Origin: Balanoglossus misakiensis | Lineage: Eukaryota > Animalia > Hemichordata | DNA: 64,000 bases | Direction: 5' to 3' | NCBI GenBank assembly: GCA_040954595.2 | Contig: CM082583.2 | Span: 9,286,254-9,350,253 of the forward strand | Shown here: positions 29,296 to 41,005 of the stretch, piece by piece | Layout: every line of letters begins with the position of its first letter | Numbering within the stretch: the stretch's first letter is position 1 | The notes under the pieces: generated by a model | Databases searched by the model: none | The model's input: the letters and a program-made list of their open reading frames with translations, nothing else | Told to the model about the DNA's origin: nothing | Made by a program: the position numbers and the translations under genes

Positions 29296-30224
29296 GTAAA
29301 TCTTTATCCTCTTTCAACATCCATAACAACAACATCATCAGAAAAAAAGTGCATTTTTCTATGTGCCATAGTAAGAGCTAGGGTTTATATCTTGTTCAAT
29401 TGGCGAAAGAGAATTGTCTGTTAAAAATAACAGAATTATTGAACAGGAAAAAAAATATTTTTTGTAAAAATAAGAATTCCAGCATCGTGTATTATCAGCA
29501 GACAGGACATGTGTTGTAATGTATTATATAAAGTGGCTTTTGATGTTAATTCCCTCGTCAGCTGTTGCCAAAATGATCCCTGAAATGAAAACCAATAAAA
29601 GCAACAGCAGAGAAACTTTGCCCGGCCTTGATATGTTATTGCACATCGTGCAGATTGATATTTTGTCAAGGTATCAGTTATTGGTATTTTGTCAACCTTC
29701 AGTCGAGACCTCTGTCTAGCAGATGAAAAACAAATACTCTTTTTCATTATCAACAAAGAGATCTGTTCAGCAGCAAAGTAATAAACAGCATCATGAATTA
29801 AGGCTGCTGAAATCTCGAGTCTTGCCAAGGTCGGGTTGTTGAGTATTAAGATTGATGCACTAGAGAGAAGTTATGTGGACACGGATCATTACAATGCATC
29901 TAAGTCGCGGTAATCCACGATAACACCGAGATATGTCAGTGAAACTTCAACTCCTAGTCTTGCATGTTCAGCTCCATAAATCTCTGATCGAGGAAAGAAA
30001 GCGTTAAATCATACTTTCTGCAGTCACTTGTGTTTATGAGCTGTCTGTCAGGAAAGCTTTCATTTTACGTGGACAAGCGTAGGCCTTCGTTTGGCGGCAA
30101 TGTTTCTGTTGTTTTATAAATAGTCAAAAGTTTATACACAGATAGTTAACCTTTAATATTCCAGCCACATTCTGACCCATTTAGTAACTTTTGTGCCACT
30201 TGTGGTTTCTTTAATCTGTCACAG

Positions 30225-30347
30225 GAGAAGAAGAGGTGGTTCCCCGTCACGTTCATCGGAAGTATTTTGTACATTGCCATGTTTTCGTACATGATGGTGT
30301 GGTGGGCCAATCAGATCATCGAGACCATCCCTGGAATGCCAGATGAG
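30225..30347 (+). CDS. NCKX: NCKX internal exon (transmembrane)
   Basis: ctgtcacag acceptor and GTGAGG donor. EKKRWFPVTFIGSILYIAMFSYMMVWWANQIIETIPGMPDE carries the FSYxMVWWA motif. Confidence 0.95.
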
Positions 30348-33300
30348 GTGAGGAAATCTTATAATAGCCAATCAGAATGACCTTTAGAAGCGACTGATTA
30401 TGCAGGGAATATGTAATTCATATGTGACAGTTTCTTTGCTCTGGTCTGATTACTTATGATGGCCATAGGTGTAAATTGTCACAGGTTTGAAGTTGAGAGA
30501 TCTGCATGGTGCTCTGGTTCTTCGTTCCAAATCATACGTGAAGCATTTTGTTTTCTGACCTGGTATAATTCTTTATTTCTTACATCGGTATTTTGGGAAA
30601 TCAAATTAGAAAGAGTCGAGTTAAATCTTATAGTGCTGTTGTTCAAAGATATCTTATCTTTGCTCTTGATGGCTGATATAATAATACAGACACCTCTTGA
30701 TGTCATTTTGTGAAATATCAAAATACATTCTGATGCAAGCCAGTCCAGAATTTGTTTGAAATGGCCAAGGGCAATTTTTTTGCTGGAATGGAACAAGACG
30801 TCACCAGACATCAGAATGAAATGCGAGTGCATTGAGTGAGTGTGCGTTACTTGAGGAAACAACTTTTATTCCGCTGTTGAATGGTCAATGTGTGGACATT
30901 TTTCAACACTGATGGATTTCCGTCACAGTACTATCTAGGTCGGACGTCTTGGTAGCCGTAATCATCCTGTTCTGTGCCAGTGACGTGCATACATGTATAG
31001 ACGACGACAACAGCACAACAACAAGATATAAACATCAAAAGTTTATCTGATCAAGGGGATTCTGTTAATGACGTCATTATAACTGGGGCAGACGATAAAA
31101 TTTACAAGCAGGGATGATATGTTTTGCAATGTGAAGCTATAATTGTATAAAAACAGACGTAAACAAAAAGCGGCTTGAGTTTTCCCATTAATTAGACCAA
31201 AAGTAGATTGTGCACCAAATGTACTTGGCATACTCAACACAGCAACAGAGCTATGACTAGGTTAAGGGATGCCATAGAAACCAATTGCGCTCTCACTCAG
31301 AAGTACACAGCATGAGAATAATATCATGACATCCATTTGATCGTTATTCATCAAACTAGCGCAGCAAGAAATATTCCATGTGAAATTACTATACATTCAA
31401 AGAACTTGTGTCATCCATAATGCATTACAAACTATTAAACGTTAAAAAAAATGAAATAATAATATTGCAGTATCCTTCTGAATGATTATCAGAGTCTTGG
31501 CGAAGGTTTCAAGTATTTCTTTTCGCAATATTGATTTTTTTATTGAATTTTTTCAAGGTTTAATTTATCAAAAGCGTTCAGCTATCACTGTGTGGAGGCA
31601 TTTGTCCATGACATCAGAGAGAGCTTGTATGGCTTGCCTTCACCATGCTGGGAAGACACATGTGGAAACTAAGATTTATAGTATTCAAATGTAAAATGGC
31701 GTATTGAAAACCTCTTCAGAGGATTTTATTGATTATTTTATGAAGATGTTTCCCTTTACAATGCAGCATATTGGATTTTTAGATCATCTCTCCTTTTATG
31801 ACTTGAATTAATCAATCAATCATTTAAGATAATTCTGGGCGGTTGCCTTAGTAACTGCTGAATGGGATCCCCTAGTATCATATTGTTGCAGATAAAAAAA
31901 AATGAGATATCGTAATGCCAGTCACATACTCTCCTACGAGCCACAATCATTATCGCTGCATCGTACCGGTACTCGTAATCACATTACGCATTTGGTTTTG
32001 TGACGTTTGTAAAACAAAGCCAAATTAGACTGCACATGCCTCTCTTGCCGCACAACATTTTCCAATTAATTTTCCTGGCTGATTTTTATATTCCATATAC
32101 TGATTTGGCAGCAGGTTCACTGTGTTCATAATTAATAACTTCTCTGCAGAGTCTTGTACAATGCAAATTTACTGTCATCCGATGCCTCTAATCAGTTGAT
32201 TGGCTGAGAGAGAAAAAAAACATGGCTCCTCTGTTGTGTATAAATTTACCTATCACCATGACAACAAGACTGGATGTTAGCATATGCACACGCTCTGTCC
32301 AAACAGCGACTGTGAAAGAATGAAATGAGTGGATGTAGGGAGCAACTTCACACCTTTTGGGTAACTTTCATCTTCTGTGATATTGAGATCCAACTTGTAA
32401 ATTTTGAGTACTTTTGAAGAAAAGTGAAGTCTATCGTAAATTTTGTAATGAGACGAGGACAACGTAGTATGGGGTAAAAATGGTGTTGCTTTCGGCATTT
32501 GGATAAGAAATTTATAAGCTTGATTTTATCAGCTTGAGATTTGCAGTCATGCTAATCAAATCATGCACGTTTTCGACTGAGATTTTTGCATTCACCAAGT
32601 CATGCACCAGATCTATTTTAGAACTTGTGAAGTCTGCAATACACGCATTACCTGAAATGAAATATTTACCGCATAATATTCCTGAGGCGCATGATTCAGT
32701 CTTTGTGTGTCACATATCAGATTGCAAGAAATGCTACTGTTAGTGATGTGCTAGCAAATTTGCCTCAGAGGGTTATACTAGATCAGTGGTGTGTATGACT
32801 TGGATCCATCAGGGCTCACCACGTTAGGGACCATGGATTTTTAAAATGTGCGTAACGTCAAATGGAGCTCACAGCGTTTGAGCTAATCCCCCTCTCTCTC
32901 CCTCCCCTAAATGACAGTTTTGAAGTGTGATCATGAAACAAAGGATGCTTTTGCCCCACAAAAACATTGGCTTAAGGGGTACAGTACTGCATCAGTTGGT
33001 GCTAAATGATGTGCCAAATTGAATTGAGATTTGATAACAAAACGTCTGCAACTCTATAGTATGCTGCACAGCATAGATGAGCCGGCAGCTAGGTGACAAT
33101 AAACAAGGTTACAGATGAGGTCGAGACATCCAGCACAATTAACCTGTACGTAGTTCACTGGTACATGAATTTGTCAAGTTGAAGTCACAGTGTGAACGTG
33201 GGATGACAAGATTGATCGCTGACTGTATAATACCCTTCACCTGAAGAAATTTTAAGTCATCTATCAACCCAGAAAAGAAAAAAAAACTGTTGCCATGGTT

Positions 33301-33367
33301 CTTTCACACACAATTAAGGCATCGGCCTCCATCGTCGTGGTAACACATGTGTTTCTCTGTTGCTTAG

Positions 33368-33504
33368 GTGATGGGATTGACTATCCTGGCAGCCGGCACC
33401 AGCATCCCTGACTTGATCACAAGTGTTATCGTCGCCAGAAAAGGTCTCGGTGACATGGCTGTCTCCAGCTCAGTCGGCAGTAATATATTTGACATAACAG
33501 TGGG
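33368..33504 (+). CDS. NCKX: NCKX exon encoding the alpha-2 repeat
   Basis: [46 protein letters not shown] is the canonical NCKX alpha-2 repeat. ttgcttag acceptor, GTAAGT donor, phase-2 end. Confidence 0.97.
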
Positions 33505-34613
33505 GTAAGTTGATGAAGCAATGAAACATGTTTAAGCTCAGGCCGTCTTGAAATTACAAAGAAATCAAGGCAGCTGGCTGTGACATTCGTACATTTCTGT
33601 AACAAGGTTTGTTCCAAATGTACAGTGGGCATCAGTTGTTTTGGCGTTAAATCAGCCAGATATTTCTTATTTAAGGCGGGGAATGTCCTTATATCCGCAG
33701 TATATTACAGCGGTTCTGTTTTTTCTCAAGTCTCAGTGGTTGACATTGTGTACTGTTTGTGGGTTTATGTAAGCCTTAACCTGTCGCATAACCATATATG
33801 GCAGTGCATGGCCATGTTACCTGGAAAATTACACATTTCCTGTCAGTATATCACTCGAAACAATCAAGTTGATGTACAAGACATAATTATCAGGAAAGAC
33901 AGAAATGGATGTAATGAGCCGTTTGGAAACACATCAGGAATGGGTTCACTAGTCGGTTGGATGACGATGTACGTCACATGAACTTTGTATGCCGTGGTAC
34001 TAGTTGTTGCCACGTCCCAGGATCTGTTTACCCTAGAAACAATTGTGCGGGGATTACTGTCAAATCGGCAGAAAGTGTTTGCCCTGTCACGGTGACATTC
34101 TGTTATTGCTCTGAAAAGGTCAGAAGTGGCCGGGTAATCTCGTCTGAAATTACCGAGAGAAAAGAGGGCGGACCTCGGTGTTGCCTGGGAGTGAAACGGG
34201 CGTGAAATTCGATTTGACACAAGTCATTCTTCAAGCATCCGAAATTGGTAACCCAGAAATACATTCTGATTGGAATGAGGAAAATGAGCTATTAAGCCAA
34301 AGTGTCAGGGACCTGGCTCTCTTTTCAACTGCTCACCCGAGCAATGGATCTCCTTAATTGCCAAATTGTCCCGTTTATTTAGAATCGGTTTCTGCTCTTT
34401 GTGATATGGCTTTTATTCTCAATATATCGGAGTTCAAAGTAATGTCTGGAACCCAAGTACTTTTTTTTTATAAAGATTCCTGATGTATTTATTCAGCGTT
34501 TAAGCCCTGCCCACACTGCCTGTCTTCTATATGTGTGCGTGTTTCTGAGAACTGACTGCCTGGAGACTTTCTCGCCCTAATAGTCCTCCATTCTTGGCGT
34601 GTTTGCGTTTCAG

Positions 34614-34860
34614 ATTGCCGTTTCCATGGATAATATATTCAGCCATCTACAATGGCAAGTCGGTGGTCGTCATCAGCGAGGGTCTCTTCTGCTCCATCCT
34701 GTTGCTGTTCTGTATGCTGATGGTCGTCATCATCACCATCGCTGCCAACCGCTGGAAGATGAACAAAGTTCTCGGCTTCACCATGTTCCTCATGTACGTC
34801 ATCTTCGTCACCATCAGCATTCTGTTTGAGTTACGTGTGATGATCTGTCCCTTCAAGTGA
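34614..34860 (+). CDS. NCKX: NCKX last coding exon (C-terminal TM helices, TGA stop)
   Basis: gtttcag acceptor in phase 2. LPFPWIIYS...GLFCSILLLF...WKMNKVLGFTMFLMYVIFV...ICPFK* is a typical NCKX C-terminus. Confidence 0.95.
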
Positions 34861-34941
34861 CCTGGAACATCATCTGTGGCAGTCAGTGAATGAGCGAGAA
34901 AGACTTGTCATTCGTCGTTGCCAAAGTAACTTCTCGCAGTG

Positions 34942-34955
34942 CCACCAGGGGGCGC
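34942..34955 (+). promoter_or_regulatory. CTCF-binding motif (perfect core)
   Basis: CCACCAGGGGGCGC matches the bilaterian CTCF core consensus. Confidence 0.6.
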
Positions 34956-35354
34956 TCTTCACATCAAATGTGTCGCAAGTGAAAGTTCGGCATTTTAATG
35001 CACTGACGATAGGAGCAGTGAGTGCTGGCAGATTTCATCTTTTGATGACAATTTATTTGAAATTTTCGCATCTGCAAATAGAGGAATTATGATTATCGCT
35101 GTGGGTCGATGTAGTTTTTCGCCATATCACCTTTTGTGCTGCATGCAAGCAGGTTCTGAATGCAGCCATTGGTCGAACATTTGCAATGAGCACATCATTT
35201 ACTATGATCTTTGAACCCACTTCATTACCAAAATTATTTTTTTTTATCAAAGGTAGTATTTAAATTGATTTCGGTAGGTTATAAAATTTCTCAGACAATA
35301 TTTCAGCATTGACGTGTGTCGTGAAGAAAAAGTATAAAGCTGTCAACAACCAAA

Positions 35355-35560
35355 CAGGGTTTATTCATCCCAGAAAGCCCCTGGAAGTTTGGACCATGCC
35401 TGGAAAATTATGGAAAGGGGAAATTCACTTATAATTGACTCCTCTTTGATGCAATTAGTGCAAGATCACTGGTGGAAAATAGCATATGCCCCTGGAAAAC
35501 TGGTGGTGAAGATCCCTGGAAGCCGTGGAATTTTGAGTGACTTTCAGTGTTGAACTCCGT
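35355..35560 (+). mobile_element. Degenerate MITE-like repeat in the NCKX 3' region
   Basis: Starts CAGGGTT, has repeated CC(C)TGGAA units and ends GAACTCCG (degenerate inverted end). Shares AGGGTT...AGAAAGCCCyTGrAA with the inverted copy at 57503-57592. Confidence 0.4.
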
Positions 35561-36354
35561 AATGAAAATACATGTATACACATACTATAGTACCCTGGTA
35601 CTCTACTGGGGAATACTATCATTCCTGTACTGTTAGTCCATGTATTATGTTAGCCTTTTTTCAAATCTGAAATAATTTAATCTTTATCCTTTTTTTCCAT
35701 GCTTGTACTCAACAAAACATGGATCAACCGCACACACCTTTTCATCTCATTAATTTTTAAAAGCCAGAAAGCTTTTTTCTAGTTTTAACCATATTTATTT
35801 TTTAATCTTTGACAGCAAAATATAGTTAAATCTGACTTGATAATGTTTTGGAGAATTCTATCTTAGGGATATACTGTACAAAATACTTGTAAATAAGGAG
35901 AAATTTCCAGATCATCGTGCTAATGTACTTTTCTACTTTCTTGGCAAATTATATTTTGATTTCCGTGGGGGGAGAGAGAGAGAGCTTATATCTGTAAATA
36001 TTATACTGTGCGTAAGACTTGAATTATTTTGACCTTGCCTTCCGTGCATTTCCTGTGACGGCCCTTTTGGCGGAAAATGCTTGGATTGTCAGAAGAGACA
36101 GGAAATGAAGAAGGCTCTTTAAAAATGTCCAATTTTCTCATGAGCAGTGCTGTTTAATTGTGTTGTTGTTCATGATGGATAGGTCATGTTGCTTCTAGTA
36201 CTTTTTGTCGTAAGAATAGAAAATTGTACCACTCTTCATACAAGAATAATACATTATTGGGGGATGGGGGTCACTAACATGCACAAGTGCTATGTAATTT
36301 TACCCATCTTTTGTTTTCTCAGTAAAATCGAATGTCTTAGGTGAAATCTGCCAT

Positions 36355-36376
36355 CCCCCCCCCCCCCCCCCCCCCC
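36355..36376. repeat. Poly-C homopolymer (~22 nt)
   Basis: Seen directly. Shorter C runs lie near 8621, 18268 and 46803. Confidence 0.9.
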
Positions 36377-38631
36377 TTACACTGTGCGTGGTTCCAACTA
36401 CACCTACATCCCATTGAAAACTATTTGTTTGAACCACTGCTTGGACGTAAAAACATTTCTTTTTTCTACACTATTCATTAATTTCAGAATGATGTTGATA
36501 AACTGCTTGCGCCTCAAAATCATTTTTGATTTGTGGCATTTTAAAGAAACAGAAAAGTTGATCTGATGAAGAAAAAAAAATGTTAATAGGACGGGTGGTG
36601 TACAAGTCTGGCATTCGTTGATGGGACTGGAGTAAACAAATCCAAAACTTGAGTCCAACAGAAAAGACCCCTTGTACCATAAGTGAGATGGTGTTGTGGC
36701 TTTTGGTTTGGTGGTGGCCGGTATATGTCTGCTTCCCACATACAAGTATGTTCAAGACACTGAAAGATATCAGACTAAATCATGATCCAGTGCTTTTTCG
36801 TGGACTTGTATGTGCTCGTTCATCCTTTGTTGCTTATACAGTGACAGTGATGTATCTTTTGTTGGAAATTTCTTTATCTGCATTCATTGCTTTATTGATC
36901 TTTGATTTCTCTTTCCAAGTGTAAATTTTTACTCCGAATTCTGCATTCGTGCCTTCAATTCCAACATCTAAGTGAGTTTGTGTTCGCGAAAAAAAAACTT
37001 ATTATACATGAGGCTGAGAAATCTTGTTTCCATTTGTAGTAAAAATGGCAACATAGTGGTTTGTGGTGATTGGAGTTAAAGTCTGGTCACGGAGAAACCT
37101 CAAGACTTGAATCTCTTTTATTTTTGCATTTTTCTCCACATTCCGTCAAAACACACTACATGCAAACTGAGCTTAATAGAACGAGAAAATATTGTGACAT
37201 ATACCTTTATATTTCCCCATTGGGCGATTAAGATTTTAGCGCACTTTATTTGTTATCCTGAAATAATTGTCTCAAAGCCTTCTCTAAAAATAGCACCATT
37301 CATCACCAAAGATGACCGTTGAAGTGACAATCTTATGTATCCAATTTTCAAAATAGATGTGTATGTTTTTTAATCATTATTTTGGGAAACAAGAAATTCC
37401 TACAGCCTCACCTTCTTTGATGATATGTAGATTTAGTATGAATATTTAAAAAGAAATATCTCATAGATGAGCAATATTGACCCTGTGTCAAAGGTCATTT
37501 AACACAGTCACCTTCCTTCCGGGTTGCCATAGCAATTTTGCACTGATGAAAATGGTGTGAATGTAGAAATTAAAATAGAATATTCAATTAAAATTCAGAA
37601 ATTATGTCACTAATGTCCACAGATTTCTGGCTTGCCATTTTTCCCATTTTCATAGTATAGAAATTAAATGGTGGGAGGTATACGATGTCACTATTAAAGA
37701 TAAATCTCTTTACCCTCTCACCCCCATATCTCTGTACAGAGGTCCAACAATACCATTGAAAACAGTGGAGTTGGCCCAAACCACAGTGGTGAAAGGGTTT
37801 AAGTCATGAACGCTAGAGTTCCACTATTTTACCTGCTATGTTTATTTCTCCGATAATTATAAAATCAATCTTATAAATTACTGCTGGTGTCCTAGAAGTT
37901 CAGAATCTTTGATGACATATTCCAGTTGATGTGGCTAATAGTTATAAATGAATGAATAAATAAAGGTTAAAATGCCAAATTAGAGTTACAGAATTTACAA
38001 ATACATGTTAATGTACCTGCTTGTAAGGAAATGTTACTTTTCTGTCTACACACCTTTGTCTGTCACAGAGAAAAGCCAATCTCTCCATTTCTCAGAACAC
38101 CTGTCCACCCCATCTTGCAATGAAATGGAATGTTCCTGCTTTGCAAGACCAATAGGAATTGACCATGCATGCAAGAAGGTGGGATGGACAAGACTTGAAA
38201 GAGGGAACGTATGCAATTTTCACTCTCTGGACACTTTGTAGACACTGTGATTTGTGTCGAGTTAAATTTTTTTCTGTGTATGTGGTATATTGGTGTTGCT
38301 CTTCTGACTAAAATGAAATTTACTGAGAATAATATAAGCTTGTAAATATATTCCTATTATGGGTAATACGGTAATAAGAATTATACCACTGAGTGCAATA
38401 CTGGGAATTTTAAGAATGGTTGCAAATAAGATTATTTTATTTCCACTGTAGGTTTATAAAAAACACTATAAATGTACAGAACAGGGTTGCATGTTTTTCC
38501 TTTTTCTTGGTTTAGCCAACATTCACCAATTTAGGACTTTACAGCAATCAGGTTGTAAGAATTTCTATGTGGATACACATTTCTGTAAATCTCTGCTCAA
38601 TCTTGTAAATTTATTCAAGTCCTGCAAACAG

Positions 38632-38637
38632 AATAAA
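38632..38637 (+). terminator. Candidate distal polyadenylation signal of NCKX
   Basis: AATAAA ending a long AT-rich region with TGTAAATA Pumilio-type elements (35888, 35993, 38341). An alternative AATAAA lies at 37955-37964. Confidence 0.5.
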
Positions 38638-38822
38638 ACTTCTTTTCTGCACACAAATGTGGAGCCGTTTTTTCTTTCATTCGCCTCAGATTGGAAGAGA
38701 GCCTAGCCACATGCTGGGGTCCAACAGGCATTCACACTCGTGACTGGCTATTCTGCATCACTGGGGAGCAGCCACGAACAAAAACATGCAATCCACAAAT
38801 GTAGAAAGTTTATATTGCACAA

Positions 38823-38828
38823 TTTATT
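38823..38828 (-). terminator. Candidate polyadenylation signal of the BH3-only gene
   Basis: AATAAA on the minus strand about 770 nt after the stop codon. A second lies at 39009-39014. Confidence 0.55.
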
Positions 38829-38924
38829 AAAGAATATTTACAGCACATTGTAGTACATCTGTATTAAAACTTGACAATGAAGAGTATATGTGGCTCATAT
38901 AAGTAGCAGATCCACTATCAGTAT

Positions 38925-38938
38925 AGCGCCCTCTGTGG
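38925..38938 (-). promoter_or_regulatory. CTCF-like motif, reverse orientation
   Basis: Minus strand reads CCACAGAGGGCGCT, matching the CTCF AGRGGGCGC core with a weaker 5' part. Confidence 0.4.
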
Positions 38939-39592
38939 TTCAACGAAGATGCCAGTTACATCTCAAACTTTGACGCCAGGCCGGGCATGTAAATTTTTAT
39001 CATGTACTTTTATTAGTTCTATAAAAGTGTAAATCTTTGCATGTTAGAGAGTGAATATACTGATTTGTGCGCTTGAGTAAATGCAAAGTTCTTCATACAT
39101 TTATAATGAATTCACTGTTTAGATGCTAACATTACAATCTTCATCACAATATTGCAGGCACACTGAGTGCCCCACAGAACCAAGAGCAGTTATTATTTAT
39201 ATTCCATTGGAATATGAGGCTTAACTGAATTGCTCATATATCTGCCATGTAAATAATAATGCCAAGAAAACAATCCTCTGCTTTTCAAATGTACATCTCT
39301 AGATCATGTGATATCTCATGTGACACTGGTCATACTGCTTGGTTAGACTTAGATGTTAGCCATGAAAAGTTAAGGTCCTCCACATCTTTAGCATAATCTG
39401 ATATTAATTATAGCATATCTTTTGCAAGATTCCAATGCAGACCACTGTGGAATAACCTCATTCCTTTTTCTGGCAGTCTTTTGTTCCTGTTCTCACGACT
39501 CTCGGCATTCAGATGCATTCTTGATGCAGGTCAGTTGAGAACACTGTGTGTAAGGCTTATCCATCATTGCTGTGGGGTTATTTTCAACAGCA

Positions 39593-39868
39593 CTATCTTT
39601 CTGGAGGAGTTCTAGGAGGCCTGTAGAGTACCATGGGCGATTTATTAAACAGCCTGTCATTGGCATCGTCAGCAATTGCCCTCAAGGAGAGTCCAATGTT
39701 TTTGGCACGCACACGGGCATCACTGTCTCCTGGGTTGCCAAGGTAACGGCCGGATGGTACAGATCTGATCCTGTCCATGTTGTTAAAGACACCTGTATCT
39801 GTCATGAAGCTCGGGTTGCCAGTGGCTGCTTCAAAATTGTTCATTGGGTTTGATTTTTCCATTAACAT
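39593..39868 (-). CDS. Candidate BH3-only pro-apoptotic protein (91 aa, PUMA/BIM-like BH3)
   Basis: ORF contains RAKNIGLSLRAIADDANDRLF (I-G-x-x-L-R-x-I-A-D-D-x-N; compare PUMA IGAQLRRMADDLN). It lies in an exon with a tttcctttgcttacag acceptor (exon starts 39919), an upstream donor at 40511 and downstream polyA signals. Confidence 0.72.
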   Translation of the reverse strand: MLMEKSNPMNNFEAATGNPSFMTDTGVFNNMDRIRSVPSGRYLGNPGDSDARVRAKNIGLSLRAIADDANDRLFNKSPMVLYRPPRTPPER

Positions 39869-40511
39869 AACTTTTCTGTATCTTGGAAAGGCTTTTTTTC
39901 TGAAATGACGATTCCCAACCTGTAAGCAAAGGAAATTGATTCACATGAGAAATCCAATAAACAGTTACACACAATGTTGACAATGTAACCATGGTGACCA
40001 CGAGAAAGCCATGCATCATGATCACACAAGGGTGGAGTACCTCCAAGGTGATGACATCATTTTCAAATATTGATTACTTTTGGTCCTTGTGTTGGAAAAA
40101 TGAACTTTCTTCGATCAAATTTTTGTGCTATATACCCATCGATTCTTTGATGATAGATTTATCTGAGTGGATAAACTCCATCTGTGTTGATGTACCCGTG
40201 GAGGGGAAATTTTAAGTTCACATGGAACTACACTATTGTTACTACATGAAATCGAATCTGGCTCAATCATGATTCTGCTTGTCGATATCAACATGTAAGC
40301 TATGTAATCGTACGAATTTTGAATGAATAACATAAGATTTCAATGGGAAAATATCGGGGGCAAATATTATATGGATCTATAAGTTGGGGGAGATTTCTGA
40401 CATGACAACAATGGTCAAATTTGAGAAACTACGTACGTTATCTGCAGCTTCACTCGGTCAGTGTTTTCCAGATCTATAATAATATATTCTCGAGTGCTTC
40501 CCTGTTCTCAC

Positions 40512-40600
40512 TTCTCTTCGTCGGGACGCTTCACTGACGTGGACCGTCCGATCGGACTAACTTGAACACTGGCTGAGCTAATGGGAAATCCGTTGTACTG
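40512..40600 (-). other. Non-coding first exon of the BH3-only gene (5' end approximate)
   Basis: GAA|GTGAGA donor at 40511 on the minus strand. CpG-rich, with no ATG in this interval. Confidence 0.5.
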
Positions 40601-40830
40601 CGAATAAGGAAGTAAAATCTCTCATTTGAAAGCGAATTCGCGGGAACTACGTTCGTCAAGTCACGGAGCTCTGGCCAAAAATAACTTGTAATTTTCCTGA
40701 TCCTCCAATCAATGGACGCCGTCACCATTGACGACACGGCAGACGATGACGTTGGATGCTATATTTAGATCTGTGACGTATAACTGGCAGACCCAATGAG
40801 CTTTCGAATTTTCCGGAAGTTATTTGCGTC
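40530..40830. promoter_or_regulatory. CpG-rich bidirectional promoter shared by the BH3-only and Mcl-1-like genes
   Basis: Locally high CpG. CCAAT boxes 40705 and 40793, ETS/GABP CCGGAAGT 40813-40820, CRE/ATF-type TGACGT at 40535, 40747 and 40774, MEF2-type CTATATTTAG 40759-40768, partial GGAACTAC 40643. Confidence 0.65.
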
Positions 40831-41005
40831 CGACAAAAAAACGATCTTCACCGAACATTAATAAGTATTGAGTATATTCGTATGTGTGTTTGTCGAAAGA
40901 GTGGCCGCACAATCGTACCGTCAGGATTGAATCATTTTGTCTAGTTGTATCTCACACCAAAGAACGTACGTTCACTTCGACCAATCGCCAGATCGTGAGT
41001 GTACC

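Noticed and set aside
39920-40830. Full p53 response element near the BH3-only gene (as in PUMA or NOXA)
   Set aside because: Only isolated CATG cores; I saw no paired RRRCWWGYYY decamers.
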